From: Nemertoderma westbladi
Taxonomy: Eukaryota; Animalia; Xenacoelomorpha
Direction: 5' to 3'
Length of the DNA: 64,000 nt
NCBI GenBank assembly: GCA_032718475.1
Contig: JAUCBJ010002989.1
Location: forward strand, 45,043 to 109,042
In this document: positions 61,243 through 64,000 of the stretch, in pieces
How the letters are laid out: the number at the start of each line of letters is the position of its first letter
Position numbering within the stretch: the first letter of the stretch is position 1
Position numbers and translations under genes: made by a program
Notes under the pieces: generated by a model
Databases searched by the model: none
The model's input: the letters and a program-made list of their open reading frames with translations, nothing else
What the model was told of the DNA's origin: nothing

Positions 61243-63197
61243 TTAGTAAGCCTCGTTAACAGCCTGCAGTGCCTACAAGGTAAATATAATAATACTTTAA
61301 AATAAATACAGTATAATAAAAAATTAGTAGTTTGTATTCCATGTATAATTATATAATAAAATAATATAATAATAATAATAATAAATAATGAATATATTTA
61401 TATAGCGTCAAATTTACAAACGTACTATAAAGCGCTTTTAATAATCGGTACATGAGATAAAAAATATAAAAACACCAATTACAATGAACAGTCATATATA
61501 AAATACATTCAGTAAAAAATAAATAATGATAATTTTAAGTAATGTAACTAAATTATATTTTGGGTTGAGTATTAGTGTAAAAAAATATCAAAATATATTA
61601 AATTTCAGGTTGAAACAACTATTCTTAGCTATTTTGGCTATTTTAGCTATTTTAGCTATTCTTAGCTATTCTTAGCATTATTAATTTACGAATGGGATAT
61701 ATATTTAAAATTGAGAACATATTTCATTAATCTGAGAGCATTTTAATTGAGGTTAAATTACATTATTTTGTCTACTTTATTTAAAAATAAAAAACGGCAA
61801 TGAAAAATGGTTTGAAAATTACCACCATAAGCAGAAATTTGTTTTTTGTTAAAAGTATGCTTTTATTTAACTCGAATGATTTTTTAACTTTTTACCTTGC
61901 GATCCTATTAGACAGTAGGCCACTATATAAAATATAATATAACAGTATGCAGACAATTAATATAACGACAATTTAAAACTAATTTAAAAACGTATTAATT
62001 TACTGTAGGCTCGGCCTACAGCGAAATTCTACAGCGAAAAGCTTACAAACTTCATGGCTCGACCCATAACAGTAATTGCTACAAACTTACCTGTTGACAC
62101 AATGAATGCAGTTCGCCGTCACCACCAAAGTCTAAATCTCCGATGTCGCAGGTGAAAACAGTTTCTCCGTTAACAATTAGGTTCACAACGTTACGTTTAG
62201 GAACTCCCTCCAAAAAAACTCGATGTCCAACTTTCTCTAACAACACTGTAAGAAAAAATTGATTTTTATAAAATTCTAACAACAAATAGTATAAATTGCA
62301 AACTCCAATAAACTGTAGTTTGTGACAGATTCCTATTAAACAATCGAATGGCAGTGTTGATATCTGTATTTCGATTAAAGTTTACAGTTTATGTGACTTT
62401 ATTTAGGCCTGCCGTAGAGGTGATATGTATTATTATTATTTATTTATGTGTGTCATTAGCAGGCAATAATGGCGCGCAGACCGCAAATTAAAATAATGAT
62501 ATACAGCGTAAATTGCTCATATATGAAACGAAGTTTTGTTTATTGTTTTGGTTAGAAAACACCGACACCGTAACCTGCCAATTTCCACTAATGTTTTAAA
62601 TTAAATTAAATTAAGTTATTAACTAAACCAACTAACTCTACATACATTATTGGTGGAGACAGGGGGGAAAACTGGACCGCCCCAATATTAAATTCTCACC
62701 AAAACAATAAACTAAACACAATAGAACAGGTTACAGTTTTATTTTTGAGAGTAATCAACTGTTATTTGCGTCCAATTTCCCCTGGAGGAGAGGGATGCAT
62801 TTTTATTGCGTCCAGTTTCTCTCCCCCCCCCCCCCCCCCCCCCTATCTGTATTGGTGTCATTATGCGCCATTAACCTCATACCGGTATATATTTTATTAT
62901 ATATATTTTAAAAAAATATATAAATTGATAAAACCTCGCAGATAGCAATAAAATATATGCTTATGTGATGAACTGAAACAACTTTTATTCTTATTATTAT
63001 GTATATTTGTAACTAACATTGGCTTAACTATAAGTTTACATTGACGTATGTGTTAAATACATGGCTAGCTACGGTACCGGTACAGATATAAGATACAACA
63101 TACCTTTAAGTCCCTCTAATCGGTTAGTTCTACGAACAAGAATTCCGCTGGTTACGTAGGGCCCGAACTTGATAGTAACAGATGCATAAGCTGGCAT
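61243..63197 (-). CDS. C10orf53: UPF0728/C10orf53 homolog, 3 coding exons (63197-63104, 62245-62091, 61272-61243), 92 aa
   Basis: Spliced product MPAYASVTIKFGPYVTSGILVRRTNRLEGLK/VLLEKVGHRVFLEGVPKRNVVNLIVNGETVFTCDIGDLDFGGDGELHSLCQQ/ALQAVNEAY-stop. It matches the family pattern as I recall it (V.l.yGPY...RL.GL...GH.V.LE...N.V.L.VNgE.vF.C.I.dL.FGGDG.LD.LC..A..AV..AY). Both introns are GT-AG with consistent phases (1, 0). Confidence 0.9.
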
Positions 63198-63813
63198 TAT
63201 AGGCTACATACAGCCCTCAATGTACAATGTAATAATAAACCCGAAATTAGGCCTACAACAATTAACTGAATAATGTAATTACTGATTAATCTACGTTATT
63301 ATTTTACCTAACAAATTCAATATTTGGTACCGTAGTCTACAGTGGTTACCGATGGAGATAACTGAAATTAAACAAAGGCAAACGCAAAATGTCGCACTAC
63401 CGGTCCGGTAGTGTGATAATATTATTACCCCGATATAAATCATTAGGTTACCTTTTATACTGGCTAAAGCTGCCCACGCCAGTTAATTTCAGTATTATTT
63501 ATTTTAAATCAGATGTCGCCGATTACCCTCTATGAAATTGATATATTTTTTCCATCATATGGTAAAATTTGTTATAGATTAAAAAACAAACCAAAACAAT
63601 AGATAATTAAAATCTGAATTAAAAACGGTTTAGGAACATATAAGCGAAGAGTCAGTGTTATAATATATTTACAAAGGTGGGTCGGCGCGTTGCGGATTAC
63701 CCTCTATGCCTACCTACAGAGAACCAACTGTACCTCACTTACCTACCGACAAGTGAATAATATCAACAATCAGGCTTGAATTGTGATGTAGTTACGACGC
63801 TACTGTGTATATG

Positions 63814-63858
63814 GTTACCATGGTATCGCAAGTGAAGTATTTGAGCCAATCCAATCAA
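63814..63858 (-). promoter_or_regulatory. RFX X-box-like motif plus CCAAT boxes, putative promoter of C10orf53/CFAP58
   Basis: GTTACCATGGTATC (63814-63827) is close to the X-box consensus GTTRCCATGGYAAC. CCAAT occurs twice at ~63846-63855. A minus-strand donor AG/GTAAGT at 63743/63742 and an acceptor TAG at 63204-63206 suggest a non-coding first exon. Confidence 0.55.
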
Positions 63859-64000
63859 TAATGACAAGAAGAAATTAAATTTGGGGTTGATTATCTTACT
63901 AGATCTTGCATTATGCTATCATCTTCTACTTTCGCAATGATTTCTATCTGAAAACAGAATGAAACTGAAGAAATAATACGAAAAGTGAATCAACAACTTG

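Overview
AT-rich eukaryotic DNA, most likely from an invertebrate animal (spliceosomal GT-AG introns, motile-cilia genes), dominated by repeats. A 36/37-bp tandem array (975-21644, resuming 33052-34353) is interrupted by a minus-strand BEL/Pao LTR retrotransposon (21645-33051; 5-bp TSD GTCTG; near-identical LTRs). That copy keeps gag-protease but has lost RT/RNase H, integrase and most of a large accessory ORF. Next comes a 4.7-kb non-autonomous Polinton/Maverick-like element with 1.5-2-kb TIRs and one zinc-finger ORF (34354-39077). It abuts a second, 5'-truncated plus-strand copy of the same BEL family (39078-50215), which has intact RT-RNaseH-integrase and a ~1,400-codon accessory ORF with a DEDDy-like 3'-5' exonuclease and three CCHC knuckles. 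The right end holds an intronless MGST3-like gene, two more tandem arrays (67 bp; 21/22 bp), intronless CFAP58, and a 3-exon C10orf53/UPF0728 gene whose stop codon lies 8 nt before the CFAP58 ATG. Top observations: (1) a ~17-kb BEL/Pao family with an exonuclease/zinc-knuckle cargo ORF; (2) a 335-bp TSD-flanked insert with a hammerhead ribozyme between Pol III A and B boxes (retrozyme-like); (3) an apparent C10orf53-CFAP58 bicistronic ciliary unit downstream of an X-box. All calls were made by eye; no database searches were run.
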